Source of the DNA: Prochlorococcus sp. MIT 0801
GTDB taxonomy: Bacteria > Cyanobacteriota > Cyanobacteriia > PCC-6307 > Cyanobiaceae
Assembly (NCBI RefSeq): GCF_000757865.1
Contig: NZ_CP007754.1
Span: forward strand, 750,001 to 782,000
Length of the DNA: 32,000 nt
Direction: 5' to 3'
Below, in pieces: positions 17,146 to 27,345 of the stretch (position 1 is the stretch's first letter; each line of letters opens with the position of its first letter). The notes under the pieces were generated by a model, which was not told where the DNA came from, did no database searches, and was given only the letters and a program-made list of their open reading frames with translations. The position numbers and the translations under genes are program-made.

Positions 17146-18333
17146 ATGTTTAATAACCTATTATTATTCTCTAGATTTCAAAAATTAGTAGAAAGTAAAT
17201 GGAAAATAATTCCATTATTAGATAGATGGATACTTTTTGAATTATTGCCGCCTTTATTTTTTTCAATAGCGGCTTTTACCGTCGTTTCTCTTTCAGTAGG
17301 AGTTATTTTTGATCTGATTAGAAAAATAGTTGAGATTGGTCTTCCTTTTTCTGTGGCTATTAAGATTCTATTGCTAAAGCTGCCAAGTTTTATTGTTATT
17401 TCTTTCCCTATGGCAATGTTACTTTCAACTTTGTTAGCCTATGGAAGTCTTAATGATAACAGTGAAATCAAGGCATTGAAAAGCATTGGTATATCTGTTT
17501 ATAGGCTTATTTTTCCAGGATTGATATTGTCAATATTTATGTCATACATGACCTTCGTTTTTAATAATAATATTGTTCCTATTACAAATAAAAATGCTGA
17601 GATTATCTTATCTAATTCTCTAGGTAGATCTTTTGCAAATGAACAGGGCGAAGATATTATATTTTCAAAGAAAGGAGAAATTTTAGATCCATATTCAAGC
17701 TATAAAAAAAACGGAGTTACTCATCTATTTTATGCCTGGAAATTTATTGATGGGCAGATGTTGGATGTAACAGTAATTGATTTTTCAAAATTAGGTTTTA
17801 CACAAATGCTTAAGGCGAAAAAAGGTATTTGGAATAGTGACAAAAACAATTGGGAGTTTTTTGAAGGAGATGTTTTGACACTTAGTCCTGATGGAAGTAA
17901 TACAAGAACTAAATTCTTTAGTTTTTTATATCCATTAGGTACTGAACTTACGAATATTGCACGACTGCCAAAAGATGCAAATGATATGAACCTTGGAGAA
18001 GCGAATACTGCTATGAAGTTATACCAAAGTAGTGGCAATATTAAAGAAGCAAGAAGGATGAAAGTAAGAATTCAAGAAAAATTTACTTTGCCAATCGCTT
18101 GTTTAGTTTTTGCTTTAATTGGTTGTAGCTTTGGTGTGATGCAAAAAAGAGGCGTAGGGAGAAGTCAAAGTTTTGGCTTAAGTATTATTTTGATACTTAT
18201 CTATTACATTTTGAGTTTTAGTTTTAGCTCTCTTGGAGTCAAAGGAATAATAAATCCTTTCTTTGCTGCTTGGTCTCCTGTCTTTTTGTCTATGTTAGGG
18301 GGAGGTTTTTTGTTAAAACAGGCCAGCAAATGA
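17146..18333 (+). CDS. LptF/LptG family permease (YjgP/YjgQ)
   Basis: Three N-terminal TM segments, a periplasmic beta-jellyroll-sized insert of about 170 aa, and three C-terminal TM segments. It starts 6 nt after lptB. Confidence 0.82.
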   Translation: MFNNLLLFSRFQKLVESKWKIIPLLDRWILFELLPPLFFSIAAFTVVSLSVGVIFDLIRKIVEIGLPFSVAIKILLLKLPSFIVISFPMAMLLSTLLAYGSLNDNSEIKALKSIGISVYRLIFPGLILSIFMSYMTFVFNNNIVPITNKNAEIILSNSLGRSFANEQGEDIIFSKKGEILDPYSSYKKNGVTHLFYAWKFIDGQMLDVTVIDFSKLGFTQMLKAKKGIWNSDKNNWEFFEGDVLTLSPDGSNTRTKFFSFLYPLGTELTNIARLPKDANDMNLGEANTAMKLYQSSGNIKEARRMKVRIQEKFTLPIACLVFALIGCSFGVMQKRGVGRSQSFGLSIILILIYYILSFSFSSLGVKGIINPFFAAWSPVFLSMLGGGFLLKQASK

Positions 18334-18370
18334 TCTGGTCTTTCTAAATAATCTCTAGTAGCTTTTATTA

Positions 18371-19318
18371 ATGGTTGATTTTTCGTTAAATAATTTTTCT
18401 TTTGACCCTGTTGTTTCCCTTGGGTTCGCAGCATTTCTTTTCTTGTTAGTAGCACTGCCGATTTCATTTTGGTCAGTTGCTGGTAGCAGTGATTCCTCGA
18501 AAGCCAGATTTTTAGTTGCAACTTCAAATCTTTTGCTAACTAGTCAATTGATGCTTAGATGGTGGCAATCTGGACATTTTCCAATTAGTAATCTCTATGA
18601 GTCACTTTGTTTTTTGACTTGGGGGTGTACGTTAGCTCAACTTTTTGTCGAAAGAGCGTGGAGGTCTCCAATTGTTTCTGCAGTTGCGACGCCTATGTCA
18701 TTGCTTTCAATAGGTTTTGCGAGTTTTGTTTTGCCAGAGAATTTGCAATCTTCTGCTCCTTTAGTACCAGCTCTTCGTTCTAGTTGGCTAGTCATGCATG
18801 TGAGTGTAATTATGTGCTCTTACGCTGCATTACTAATAGGTTCAATTTTGTCTTTTGGTGTCTTTATAGTTGATGGAAAAAAGCAATTCAATATACGTAA
18901 TAGCTCTTTTGGGTCTGGTTCGTTTAGGGAAAGTTCTGAGCTTTATCTTGAGAATAGAAATGAGAACTTAAGTTCAATACAACCAATTGAATTTACAAAT
19001 GCTGAGCAACTTGATTCTTTAAGTTATAGGTCAATAACTGCAGGATTTTTGTTGCTCACAGTTGGTCTTATTAGTGGCGCTGTTTGGGCTAATGAAGCTT
19101 GGGGTAGTTGGTGGAGTTGGGATCCTAAAGAAACATGGGCTTTAATATGTTGGTTGGTTTACGCGGCTTATTTGCATACTAGGCTAACAAGAGGATGGCA
19201 AGGTAAAAAGCCTGCAATTCTTGCTATCGCAGGCTTTTTTGTTATTATTGTTTGCTATATCGGAGTAAACCTTCTTGGGGTTGGTTTACACAGTTATGGT
19301 TGGTTCTTCGATACATAG
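18371..19318 (+). CDS. ccsA: Cytochrome c biogenesis protein CcsA (system II heme handling)
   Basis: Tryptophan-rich WWD motif [23 protein letters not shown], plus conserved histidines in a polytopic membrane protein of 315 aa. Confidence 0.93.
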   Translation: MVDFSLNNFSFDPVVSLGFAAFLFLLVALPISFWSVAGSSDSSKARFLVATSNLLLTSQLMLRWWQSGHFPISNLYESLCFLTWGCTLAQLFVERAWRSPIVSAVATPMSLLSIGFASFVLPENLQSSAPLVPALRSSWLVMHVSVIMCSYAALLIGSILSFGVFIVDGKKQFNIRNSSFGSGSFRESSELYLENRNENLSSIQPIEFTNAEQLDSLSYRSITAGFLLLTVGLISGAVWANEAWGSWWSWDPKETWALICWLVYAAYLHTRLTRGWQGKKPAILAIAGFFVIIVCYIGVNLLGVGLHSYGWFFDT

Positions 19319-19337
19319 TAATTAATAACTAAGTTGA

Positions 19338-20090
19338 TTATTTTTCAATAATTATCCCATTCTGTGCGTCATTTGCAACTCTTCTTAGGGCCTCACAACC
19401 TTCTTTAAGTGTTGGATAAGCAAACATTCCACTTCCTGCTATGAAACAGTTTGCTCCTGCAGCGCAGCATTGAGATAATGACCAATCTGCTTTTATTCCT
19501 CCATCAACTTCTATGTCTACGTTGTATCTATTTTCTAAAATTATTTTTCTTAATTGAGTGATTTTGTTCAACATTGTTGGAATATAAGCTTGACCACCAA
19601 AGCCAGGATTGACAGTCATTACTAGTACGTGGTCAACCATATCAAGCACATCTTTGACCATATCCATTGGAGTATGAGGATTAAGGGCAACCGAGGGAGA
19701 TCCTCCTAGTTGGCGAATCTTGCCAAGAATTCGATGAAGGTGAACATTTGCTTCAGCATGAGCAATTACAACACCTGGCTCTCCGTTTGCTCCCTTGCTT
19801 GCTTCGACATATCCCTCAAGCATGGTTTCACAGTTGTATTGACTCACCATTAACTGAGTCTCGAATGGAACTTTGCAATACTTTCGGCATGCGGAAATCA
19901 TTTCTGGACCAAAAGTGAGATTCGGAACAAAGTTCCCATCCATCACATCAAATTGAATTCTGTCTACACCCGCTAGTTCAAGATCCTTTACGCACTGGCC
20001 CATGTTTGCCCAGTCTGCTGGCAATACTGAAGGGATTATTTGAACAGGACGGTGTTCAGAAAAAATTGCTGATGAAATGGATTGGGTCAT
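19338..20090 (-). CDS. rpe: Ribulose-phosphate 3-epimerase
   Basis: Motifs FDVMDGNFVPNLTFGP, MTVNPGFGGQ and EVDGGI. Confidence 0.95.
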   Translation of the reverse strand: MTQSISSAIFSEHRPVQIIPSVLPADWANMGQCVKDLELAGVDRIQFDVMDGNFVPNLTFGPEMISACRKYCKVPFETQLMVSQYNCETMLEGYVEASKGANGEPGVVIAHAEANVHLHRILGKIRQLGGSPSVALNPHTPMDMVKDVLDMVDHVLVMTVNPGFGGQAYIPTMLNKITQLRKIILENRYNVDIEVDGGIKADWSLSQCCAAGANCFIAGSGMFAYPTLKEGCEALRRVANDAQNGIIIEK

Positions 20091-20127
20091 TGTTTTTTGT
20101 CTTATGGCAGAGATTCTATTAATTCAT

Positions 20128-20149
20128 GGTCACAAGTTCTAGTGTGACC
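20128..20149. promoter_or_regulatory. Perfect inverted repeat GGTCACA-N8-TGTGACC in the rpe/glpX divergent spacer
   Basis: Read directly from the sequence: GGTCACA (20128..20134), AGTTCTAG, TGTGACC (20143..20149). It lies 38-59 nt upstream of the rpe start codon and 142-163 nt upstream of the glpX start. Confidence 0.3.
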
Positions 20150-20290
20150 TTGCACTGATACAGTAATTATTGCTTATCAACAGATAATAAGTTTTTTGTG
20201 AGTACTTTTTTCTGAGCATTTTTCAATGCCCTCAATTACTTACAATATTATCTGCCTTAAGGCGTAAATTTCTTTACCTAGCTGCAAAAA

Positions 20291-21295
20291 GTGGATCGTA
20301 CTCTCGTCCAAGAAATTCTTGAAGTAGTTGAGCAGGCTGCAATTGCTTCGGCTCAATTGACTGGTTTGGGTCAAAAAGATGAGGCTGATGCCGCAGCCGT
20401 AGAGGCAATGCGAAAGAGAATGGGAACGATTCAAATGCAAGGAAGAATCGTTATTGGAGAAGGAGAAAGAGATGAAGCTCCAATGCTTTATATAGGAGAA
20501 GAAGTTGGATCAGGAATAGGTCCTGGAGTTGATTTTGCTGTAGATCCTTGTGAGGGGACAAATTTATGTGCTAACAGTCAGCGTGGATCGATGGCTGTTT
20601 TAGCGGCGTCAGATAGGGGCGGATTATTTAACGCTCCAGATTTTTACATGAATAAATTAGCTGCTCCTCCAGCAGCTAAAGGACAAGTTGATATAAGAAA
20701 AACTCCCACAGAAAATATAAAAATCTTGAGTGACTGTCTTGGTATCGCAATTAGTGATTTAACTATTGTTGTTATGGATAGAGCTAGGCACAAAAATCTA
20801 GTTTCCGAAATCAGATCTACTGGTGCCAGGATTCAGCCTATTTCAGATGGAGATGTCCAAGCGGCAATTGCATGTGGCTTTGAGGGGACAGGTACTCATT
20901 GTTTAATGGGCATTGGGGCGGCTCCTGAAGGAGTTATTTCGGCAGCGGCTATGAGGGCACTTGGAGGTCATTTCCAAGGACAACTTGTTTATGATCCTGC
21001 AATAGCTCAAACATCAGAGTGGGCAGACTATACAAAGGAGGGAAATATAAAAAGATTGAATGAAATGGGCATTACTGATATTGACAAGATCTATGAGGCT
21101 AACGAACTTGCCTCAGGAGAAAATGTGGCTTTTGCTGGTAGTGGAATCACAGATGGATTACTTTTCGATGGAGTTAAATTTGAAAAAGATTGCACCAGAA
21201 CTAGCAGTCTTGTGATTAGTACGCTTGATCAAACAGCAAGATTTACCAATACAGTTCACATCAAAGATGGTGCTCAAAGCATCTCTTTGAAGTGA
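20291..21295 (+). CDS. glpX: Class II fructose-1,6-bisphosphatase/sedoheptulose-1,7-bisphosphatase
   Basis: The GlpX-family N-terminus [37 protein letters not shown], plus VDPCEGTN and [20 protein letters not shown], is typical of the cyanobacterial bifunctional F/SBPase. GTG start at 20291. Confidence 0.93.
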   Translation: MDRTLVQEILEVVEQAAIASAQLTGLGQKDEADAAAVEAMRKRMGTIQMQGRIVIGEGERDEAPMLYIGEEVGSGIGPGVDFAVDPCEGTNLCANSQRGSMAVLAASDRGGLFNAPDFYMNKLAAPPAAKGQVDIRKTPTENIKILSDCLGIAISDLTIVVMDRARHKNLVSEIRSTGARIQPISDGDVQAAIACGFEGTGTHCLMGIGAAPEGVISAAAMRALGGHFQGQLVYDPAIAQTSEWADYTKEGNIKRLNEMGITDIDKIYEANELASGENVAFAGSGITDGLLFDGVKFEKDCTRTSSLVISTLDQTARFTNTVHIKDGAQSISLK

Positions 21296-21325
21296 TAGTT
21301 AAGCAAATGAAGTAAGGGGCTATTT

Positions 21326-22651
21326 ATGCATATTGCTGTCGTCGGTCTTAGCCATCGCACGGCCCCTGTCGAAGTGCGTGAAAAGCTAAGTATCCCAGAA
21401 GAACTAGTTGAAAGATCGTTTAATAATTTAAAGAAAATTGATCAAATATTAGAAGTTTCCATATTGAGCACATGTAACAGACTTGAAATTTATAGCTTAG
21501 TTAAAGACCCGCAATTGGGAATAGAAGCTATTAAATCTTTTCTTCTTGAATTCTCGGGCCTTGAGGATGAGATTCTTTCACCTCACATATTTAATTATGT
21601 CCAAGAGAAAGCAGTCTCTCATGTCATGAGGGTTTCTGCGGGTTTGGATAGTTTGGTCTTAGGAGAGGGACAGATTCTTTCTCAAGTAAAAAAAATGGTA
21701 CGTCTTGGCCAAGATCATCAGAGTCTAGGTCCAATCTTGAATAGATTATTAACTCAGGCCGTAAGTACAGGCAAGCGCGTAAGAAGCGAGACAAATCTTG
21801 GAACGGGAGCAGTTTCTATTAGTTCTGCAGCTGTAGAACTAGCTCAATTGAAACTTGGCCAAGCGCACGGAAGAGATCAATTGATGACTTTAGAAACTGA
21901 AAAGGTCGCTGTTGTTGGGGCTGGGCGAATGAGTCGTTTGTTGCTTCAGCATCTCCAATCAAAAGGATGTTGTTCACTTACACTTCTAAATAGAACAAAA
22001 AAAAGGGCTGAGGACCTTTCAGCAGCGTTTCCCGATATTCAAATTGACTGTCAATTAATAGATGAGCTTGATAGTTGTCTCTCTCTGAGTACTCTTGTAT
22101 TTACGAGTACAGCTGCTAATGAGCCAATTATTGATGCCGAAAAATTGATAAAGATCGACAGGAAGCCTTTACTTAGACTTATTGATATTGGAGTTCCGAG
22201 GAATATTTCTTCTGATGCAAAATCAGTTTCCGGAATTGAATCTCATGATGTCGATGATCTTCAAGAAGTTGTTTCAAGAAATCAAGAGGCAAGACAAAAG
22301 CTCGCCCTAGAAGCAGAAGGATTGATAGAGGAAGAGTGTCGTGTTTTTCTTGAATGGTGGGATAGCTTAGCGGCTGTTCCTACAATTAATTGCCTTAGAT
22401 CTGGTTTGGAGTCAATCAGAAAAGAAGAACTTCAGAAGGCATTAAGCAGAATGGGACCTGATTTCTCTGCTAGAGAACGAAAAGTTGTTGAGGCATTAAG
22501 TAAGGGAATTATTAACAAAATACTTCATACTCCAGTAACAAAATTAAGAGCGCCTCAATCTAGGAATGATCGTAGAGATTCTCTTGATGTGATTGAAAAA
22601 CTTTTTAATCTTGATGTTTCTAGTTCTTTAAACAAGCCCAAAAACAACTGA
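21326..22651 (+). CDS. hemA: Glutamyl-tRNA reductase
   Basis: GLSHRTAPVEVREKL, active-site STCNRLEIY, GEGQILSQVK, and the NADPH fold VVGAGRMS. Confidence 0.95.
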   Translation: MHIAVVGLSHRTAPVEVREKLSIPEELVERSFNNLKKIDQILEVSILSTCNRLEIYSLVKDPQLGIEAIKSFLLEFSGLEDEILSPHIFNYVQEKAVSHVMRVSAGLDSLVLGEGQILSQVKKMVRLGQDHQSLGPILNRLLTQAVSTGKRVRSETNLGTGAVSISSAAVELAQLKLGQAHGRDQLMTLETEKVAVVGAGRMSRLLLQHLQSKGCCSLTLLNRTKKRAEDLSAAFPDIQIDCQLIDELDSCLSLSTLVFTSTAANEPIIDAEKLIKIDRKPLLRLIDIGVPRNISSDAKSVSGIESHDVDDLQEVVSRNQEARQKLALEAEGLIEEECRVFLEWWDSLAAVPTINCLRSGLESIRKEELQKALSRMGPDFSARERKVVEALSKGIINKILHTPVTKLRAPQSRNDRRDSLDVIEKLFNLDVSSSLNKPKNN

Positions 22652-22693
22652 TATTGTTATTTACTTTTGAAATTCTTACTACTTATCACTTTT

Positions 22694-22722
22694 TACTGGA
22701 TTAATGAGCACTCTATCCAGTA
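22694..22722 (+). other. 8-bp stem hairpin TACTGGAT-N13-ATCCAGTA between hemA and glgC
   Basis: Read directly from the sequence. It lies 43 nt after the hemA stop and 35 nt before the glgC start. No T tract follows, so it is not a canonical terminator. Confidence 0.2.
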
Positions 22723-22756
22723 GGTTTGCTCCGAATAGCCGATTAATAGTGCCTTC

Positions 22757-24052
22757 ATGAAGAGAGTACTTGCCATCATTCTTGGCGGTGGAAAGGGATC
22801 ACGCCTATATCCATTAACAAAAATGAGAGCAAAACCCGCCGTTCCATTAGCGGGTAAATATCGACTAATAGACATTCCTATAAGTAATTGCATAAATTCG
22901 GACATCAGTAAAATGTATGTTCTTACGCAATTCAATAGCGCTTCTCTTAACAGGCATATTGCACAGACTTATAATCTGAGCGGACCTTTTGGCCAGGGTT
23001 TCGTTGAGGTCTTAGCCGCTCAGCAAACACCTGAAACCCCCTCTTGGTTTGAGGGTACTGCTGATGCAGTAAGAAAATATCAATGGCTTTTTCAAGAGTG
23101 GGATGTTGATGAATATTTGATTCTCTCTGGAGATCAGCTTTATAGAATGGATTACAGCTTATTTGTTGAGCAGCATAGAAAAACAGGAGCTGATTTAACG
23201 GTTGCAGCTTTGCCCGTTGACTCGGCGCAAGCTGAAGCATTTGGTTTAATGCGTACTGATGAAACAGCCAATATTAAAGAATTTCGTGAGAAACCAACTG
23301 GTGATTCATTGAAAGCAATGGCTGTAGATACATCAAGGTTTGGATTGGAAGCAAATGAGGCAAAAGAAAAACCTTATTTGGCTTCTATGGGAATATATGT
23401 TTTTAGTCGTTCCACTCTTTTTGACTTATTAAATAAATTTCCTTCTTATACAGATTTTGGAAAAGAAATTATTCCTGAGGCTTTAGGTAGAGGTGACAAA
23501 CTTAAAAGTTATGTTTTTAATGACTATTGGGAGGATATTGGAACTATTGGTGCATTCTTTGAATCAAATTTAGCATTAACTCAGCAGCCTACTCCTCCGT
23601 TTAGTTTTTATGATGAGAAGTTCCCTATTTATACCAGGCCTAGATATTTGCCCCCTTCTAAAATTGTAGATACACAAATAACTGATTCAATTGTTTCCGA
23701 GGGATCAATTCTTAAATCATGTAGTATTCATCATTGTGTGTTGGGAGTTAGGAGTCGTATTGAAAGTGACGTTGTTCTAAAAGAAACCCTTGTTATGGGA
23801 TCTGATTTTTACGAATCTTACGAAGAGAGAATAGCGTTAAGAAATGGCGGTGGTATTCCCTTGGGCGTGGGACAGGGCACAACTGTTAAAAGAGCCATTC
23901 TCGATAAAAATGCTCGCATTGGTGACAATGTGAAGATAGTCAATAAAGACAATGTGGAAGAAGCTGATCGAGCAGATCAAGGTTTTTATATTCGTAATGG
24001 AATAGTTGTTATCGTCAAAAACGCCACAATTCCAGATGGAACTATTATTTAA
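22757..24052 (+). CDS. glgC: Glucose-1-phosphate adenylyltransferase (ADP-glucose pyrophosphorylase)
   Basis: [46 protein letters not shown], and a C-terminal left-handed beta-helix region. Length is 431 aa. Confidence 0.95.
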   Translation: MKRVLAIILGGGKGSRLYPLTKMRAKPAVPLAGKYRLIDIPISNCINSDISKMYVLTQFNSASLNRHIAQTYNLSGPFGQGFVEVLAAQQTPETPSWFEGTADAVRKYQWLFQEWDVDEYLILSGDQLYRMDYSLFVEQHRKTGADLTVAALPVDSAQAEAFGLMRTDETANIKEFREKPTGDSLKAMAVDTSRFGLEANEAKEKPYLASMGIYVFSRSTLFDLLNKFPSYTDFGKEIIPEALGRGDKLKSYVFNDYWEDIGTIGAFFESNLALTQQPTPPFSFYDEKFPIYTRPRYLPPSKIVDTQITDSIVSEGSILKSCSIHHCVLGVRSRIESDVVLKETLVMGSDFYESYEERIALRNGGGIPLGVGQGTTVKRAILDKNARIGDNVKIVNKDNVEEADRADQGFYIRNGIVVIVKNATIPDGTII

Positions 24053-24210
24053 TTTTTATTTAATGTCTCAGCAATTTTATAAGCGTAGTTTTTAAGACTT
24101 TATTATCAAATATTTTTCAAAGAATTCTTCATTCCTGACATTGAGCTCTTTAATGCAGCGAAATTAATCCATAGTCGTCACACTAATTCAAGTAGAAATT
24201 TCTTAACTTA

Positions 24211-25629
24211 ATGACCAAGGCACATTTTGGATTAGTCGGTCTTGGAGTAATGGGGGAGAACCTAGTACTTAATGCAGAGCGAAATGGTTTTTCTAGTGTG
24301 GTCTATAACCGTACTTATCAAAAAACAGAAGACTTTTTATTAGGTAGAGGTGTAAATAAATCAATTCAAGGAGCGAAGGATCTTCAAGAATTTGTATCAA
24401 AACTGGAACGTCCAAGAAGAGTATTAATGATGGTTAAAGCTGGAGCTGCTACTGATGCTGTCATTAATCAAATTTCACCTTTCCTCGAGGAGGGTGACTT
24501 GCTCATAGATGGAGGAAATGCCCAATTTATGGATACAGAAAGAAGAGTAAAAGAACTTGAGAGCAAGAGTTTTGGATATATCGGGATGGGAGTATCAGGT
24601 GGGGCGAAGGGCGCACTGGAAGGACCTAGTATGATGCCTGGTGGCACAAAGACTTCTTATGACGCTATAGAGAGCTTGTTAAACAAAATGGCTGCTCAGG
24701 TTGAAGATGGACCTTGTGTGACTTACATCGGCCCAGGGGGGTCAGGCCATTTTGTTAAGACCGTTCATAATGGAATTGAATATGGTATCGAGCAAATTTT
24801 GGCTGAGGCCTATGACTTGATGAAGAGAGTTTGTGGAATGAGTGGTGATGAGATGGCATCTGTTATGGGCTATTGGAATAAAACCGAAGAACTTTCCTCC
24901 TATCTCGTTGAAATCACAGAGGCTTGTTTACGCGTTAAAGATCCTGATGATAGTTCTGATCTGGTTGAAAAGATAATGGATAAAGCGGGTCAAAAAGGTA
25001 CTGGTTTATGGACTGTCATTAGTGCATTAGAGCTTGGAGCTTCTGTTCCAACTATTTATGCCTCTTTAAACGGAAGGGTTATGAGTTCAATGAAAGATCA
25101 ACGAAATTATGCAGAAACAATACTGAATGGGAACAAACCTTCTTTTGTTGATTTTGGAAAGCCTTCAGATGGCATGCCTCTCCTTATGGATGCCGTTGTA
25201 TTGGCTACAATAGCTAGCTATGCCCAAGGTATGGATATTTTACGACTCGCTTCAGAAGAATATGATTACGATCTTGATATGCCCTCCATCGCTCAAATAT
25301 GGAAAGGTGGTTGCATAATAAGGTCTACCCTTTTGAGTCGTATACAAGACGCATTTAAGAAAGATCCGAGCCTGATCAATTTAGTTATCGATAAATGGTT
25401 TGCAGATCAGGTAAACAATCGTCTCTCGGGCCTGACACAAGTCGTTTCTGCTGCTGTTAATGCTGGAATTCCAGTTCCATGTTTAAGTAGTACTCTTGAT
25501 TATCTGAATAGCTTCAGAACATCTAGACTTCCTCAAAACCTTGTTCAAGCAATGAGAGACTGTTTTGGCTCTCATACATATGAGCGCGTAGACAAGGCTG
25601 GATCATTTCATACTGAGTGGATTGACTGA
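24211..25629 (+). CDS. gnd: 6-phosphogluconate dehydrogenase, decarboxylating
   Basis: NADP fold GLVGLGVMGENL, and motifs GMGVSGGAKGALEGPSMMPGG and GSGHFVKTVHNGIEYG. Length is 472 aa. Confidence 0.95.
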   Translation: MTKAHFGLVGLGVMGENLVLNAERNGFSSVVYNRTYQKTEDFLLGRGVNKSIQGAKDLQEFVSKLERPRRVLMMVKAGAATDAVINQISPFLEEGDLLIDGGNAQFMDTERRVKELESKSFGYIGMGVSGGAKGALEGPSMMPGGTKTSYDAIESLLNKMAAQVEDGPCVTYIGPGGSGHFVKTVHNGIEYGIEQILAEAYDLMKRVCGMSGDEMASVMGYWNKTEELSSYLVEITEACLRVKDPDDSSDLVEKIMDKAGQKGTGLWTVISALELGASVPTIYASLNGRVMSSMKDQRNYAETILNGNKPSFVDFGKPSDGMPLLMDAVVLATIASYAQGMDILRLASEEYDYDLDMPSIAQIWKGGCIIRSTLLSRIQDAFKKDPSLINLVIDKWFADQVNNRLSGLTQVVSAAVNAGIPVPCLSSTLDYLNSFRTSRLPQNLVQAMRDCFGSHTYERVDKAGSFHTEWID

Positions 25630-25634
25630 TATCA

Positions 25635-26351
25635 ATGACTAAATATGAAATTCAAGTTTCAGATGACAAAAGCGCTCTCGCTCTTGCCGCCTCTGACTTG
25701 ATAACTCAGATCATTGAGTCAACACTGAAAAATAAAACAAGAGCTAAAATTGCTCTTTGTGGTGGTTCTACTCCCAATGCTGCTTATTCTTTGTTGGGTA
25801 AGAAAAATATCGATTGGATGAACGTTGATTTGTTTCTTGGAGATGAAAGATGGGTTGATAATAAATCAAAAGATAGTAATTGCTTTCTATTAAATAATTC
25901 ATTGTTTAAAGAAGGTTACCCATCCCTAGATGCATCATTTTTTGCTGTTTCAACTGTTGAATTATCATCCCCAGACGAAAGCGCTGAAAATTACGAAACA
26001 ATCTTGAAAAATAACCTGGCAGGGGATCCACCAAGGTTTGATTTGATTCTTTTGGGATTGGGAGATGACGGGCATACAGCCTCCCTCTTCCCTGGCTCTG
26101 ATGCATTATTTGAAAGAGATAACTTAATAACTGCTGGCGAAGGTAAAGGTCACAAAAGAATTACTTTTACCAGTAAATTATTAAGTGCTGCAGATAATGT
26201 GGTCTTCCTAATCAGTGGATCTGCTAAACAAACGGCTCTTAAACGTCTACTTGATCCATCAGAATCATGGGAGCGAACCCCTGCAAAATTAGTTGCACCA
26301 GATTCTGAAATTATTGTCTTGACTGATAAAGATGCTTACCCATCTTTCTAG
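25635..26351 (+). CDS. pgl: 6-phosphogluconolactonase
   Basis: CGGSTP and LLGLGDDGHTASLFPG motifs. It starts 5 nt after gnd, forming an oxidative pentose phosphate pair. Confidence 0.88.
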   Translation: MTKYEIQVSDDKSALALAASDLITQIIESTLKNKTRAKIALCGGSTPNAAYSLLGKKNIDWMNVDLFLGDERWVDNKSKDSNCFLLNNSLFKEGYPSLDASFFAVSTVELSSPDESAENYETILKNNLAGDPPRFDLILLGLGDDGHTASLFPGSDALFERDNLITAGEGKGHKRITFTSKLLSAADNVVFLISGSAKQTALKRLLDPSESWERTPAKLVAPDSEIIVLTDKDAYPSF

Positions 26352-26386
26352 TTAGATTATTGTATTAGTAGAGAAATACTTCTTAA

Positions 26387-26962
26387 TTGATTTCTGATCC
26401 ACCACCGACTGAAATTTCAATAACTCCTCTTATAAAGGGTTCTGAATTTTCAGATTGGAAATCTCTGAATGACACAATTATGGGCGGCTCAAGTCGTGCA
26501 AATTGTCATTCCTCAGATAAAGGTTTATTTCTTGAGGGTAACCTAGTTGAAGAAGGTGGTGGCTTTGTTAGTTGCCGATCTCCGATTTTTAATAAGCCAT
26601 TTAATCTCTCCAAATATTCTGGATTAATTCTTGATGTTGAAGGAGAAGGGAGAACATTAAAATTCGCGATCGCTTGTGAAAAGAAACCTTTATCATTATC
26701 AAATCTTTTAAAAGGTGATATCCGCTGGGTTGCCTCAATACCTACAAATAAAAAAGGAGTTACTAGGATCAAAATACCTTTCAGAAAATTAGAACCTGCC
26801 CGTCGAGCAAAGCCTGTTCGACTACCTCTTAGATTTGACCCTAGTTGTATCAACAGATTTCAATTGCTTCATTCGAAATTTGGACAACCCGGCAAAATGA
26901 ACTCAGGTTTTTTTGCTGGCCCTATCAAAGTCTTAATTAAGTCAATCAGTGCATACTCCTGA
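26387..26962 (+). CDS. CIA30 (complex I intermediate-associated protein 30) domain protein
   Basis: The motif series W..LNDTIMGGSS......G.F.G.L......GGFVSCRS is the CIA30-family signature as I recall it. The track start is TTG and is uncertain. Confidence 0.7.
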   Translation: MISDPPPTEISITPLIKGSEFSDWKSLNDTIMGGSSRANCHSSDKGLFLEGNLVEEGGGFVSCRSPIFNKPFNLSKYSGLILDVEGEGRTLKFAIACEKKPLSLSNLLKGDIRWVASIPTNKKGVTRIKIPFRKLEPARRAKPVRLPLRFDPSCINRFQLLHSKFGQPGKMNSGFFAGPIKVLIKSISAYS

Positions 26963-27344
26963 CTCAAAAGATAGCTTGATAGCTGAAGTCGCCAAGGCTG
27001 CAGATCTTTGTATGAAGCCCTATGTGCATTCTGTCTTTTTAGAAAATCAATTATTTGATGATAATGATTTTGATGACTTGATTTTTAAAATTCAATGTAG
27101 AAATATAGACGGCGAAAGAGAAGAATCTATGGATATTGAGCTTGAAGTGTATAAAAGTGGAAATGAGGTGAATATGACTATCTCTTGGAAATCTTTAATT
27201 GATAATCCAATTTTATGGCAAGGGAAGCATGCTGTTTGGATGGATAGCTCTTCTGGTGTGCAATGCGAAAGGCCCTCATATGGAAATCATTTTGAGTCCC
27301 TTGCAAGAAGACTAAGGACGGTTTTTAAGACTTTATTGTTCTGA
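26949..27344 (+). CDS. Hypothetical protein (131 aa)
   Basis: An open frame with acidic, non-repetitive composition. The GTG start overlaps the CIA30 gene by 14 nt, with an alternative ATG near 27012 (MKPYVHS). No recognisable motifs. Confidence 0.55.
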   Translation: MHTPDSKDSLIAEVAKAADLCMKPYVHSVFLENQLFDDNDFDDLIFKIQCRNIDGEREESMDIELEVYKSGNEVNMTISWKSLIDNPILWQGKHAVWMDSSSGVQCERPSYGNHFESLARRLRTVFKTLLF

Positions 27345-27345
27345 G

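Noticed and set aside
17730-18527. Two antisense ORFs (17730..18038 and 18204..18527) over the LptF/G permease gene and the ccsA start
   Set aside because: They lie opposite well-supported membrane-protein genes. Their Lys/Leu-rich translations look like reverse-complement artefacts of hydrophobic coding sequence.
20128-20149. Reading the rpe/glpX palindrome as a CRP/SyCRP-type site
   Set aside because: CRP-family sites are TGTGA-N6-TCACA. Here the half-sites are in the opposite arrangement (TCACA-N8-TGTGA) with different spacing, so I keep it only as an unassigned palindrome.
20264-20277. GTA-N8-TAC (NtcA consensus core) just upstream of glpX
   Set aside because: It sits only 14 nt from the GTG start and downstream of the only -10-like hexamer. 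That position is wrong for NtcA activation at about -41.5. By my rough estimate this degenerate 6-base pattern is expected about ten times by chance in 32 kb of AT-rich DNA.
22693-23240. Antisense ORFs 22693..22935 and 22947..23240 over glgC
   Set aside because: These are shadow ORFs inside or overlapping the glgC CDS, which carries unambiguous ADP-glucose pyrophosphorylase motifs.
19338-26351. The rpe-glpX-hemA-glgC-gnd-pgl run as a possible novel metabolic island
   Set aside because: All are standard Calvin-cycle, glycogen and oxidative pentose phosphate genes, plus hemA. They have normal lengths and motifs. Such clustering of core carbon-metabolism genes is ordinary for compact picocyanobacterial genomes.
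26666-26673. A single GCGATCGC (HIP1, the cyanobacterial highly iterated palindrome)
   Set aside because: There is only one copy in 32 kb, inside the CIA30 CDS (codons Ala-Ile-Ala). There is no iteration, so it has no HIP1-type significance here.
26506-26853. 115-aa ORF antisense to the CIA30 gene
   Set aside because: A shadow frame of a better-supported CDS. It has no recognisable motifs and no independent start context.
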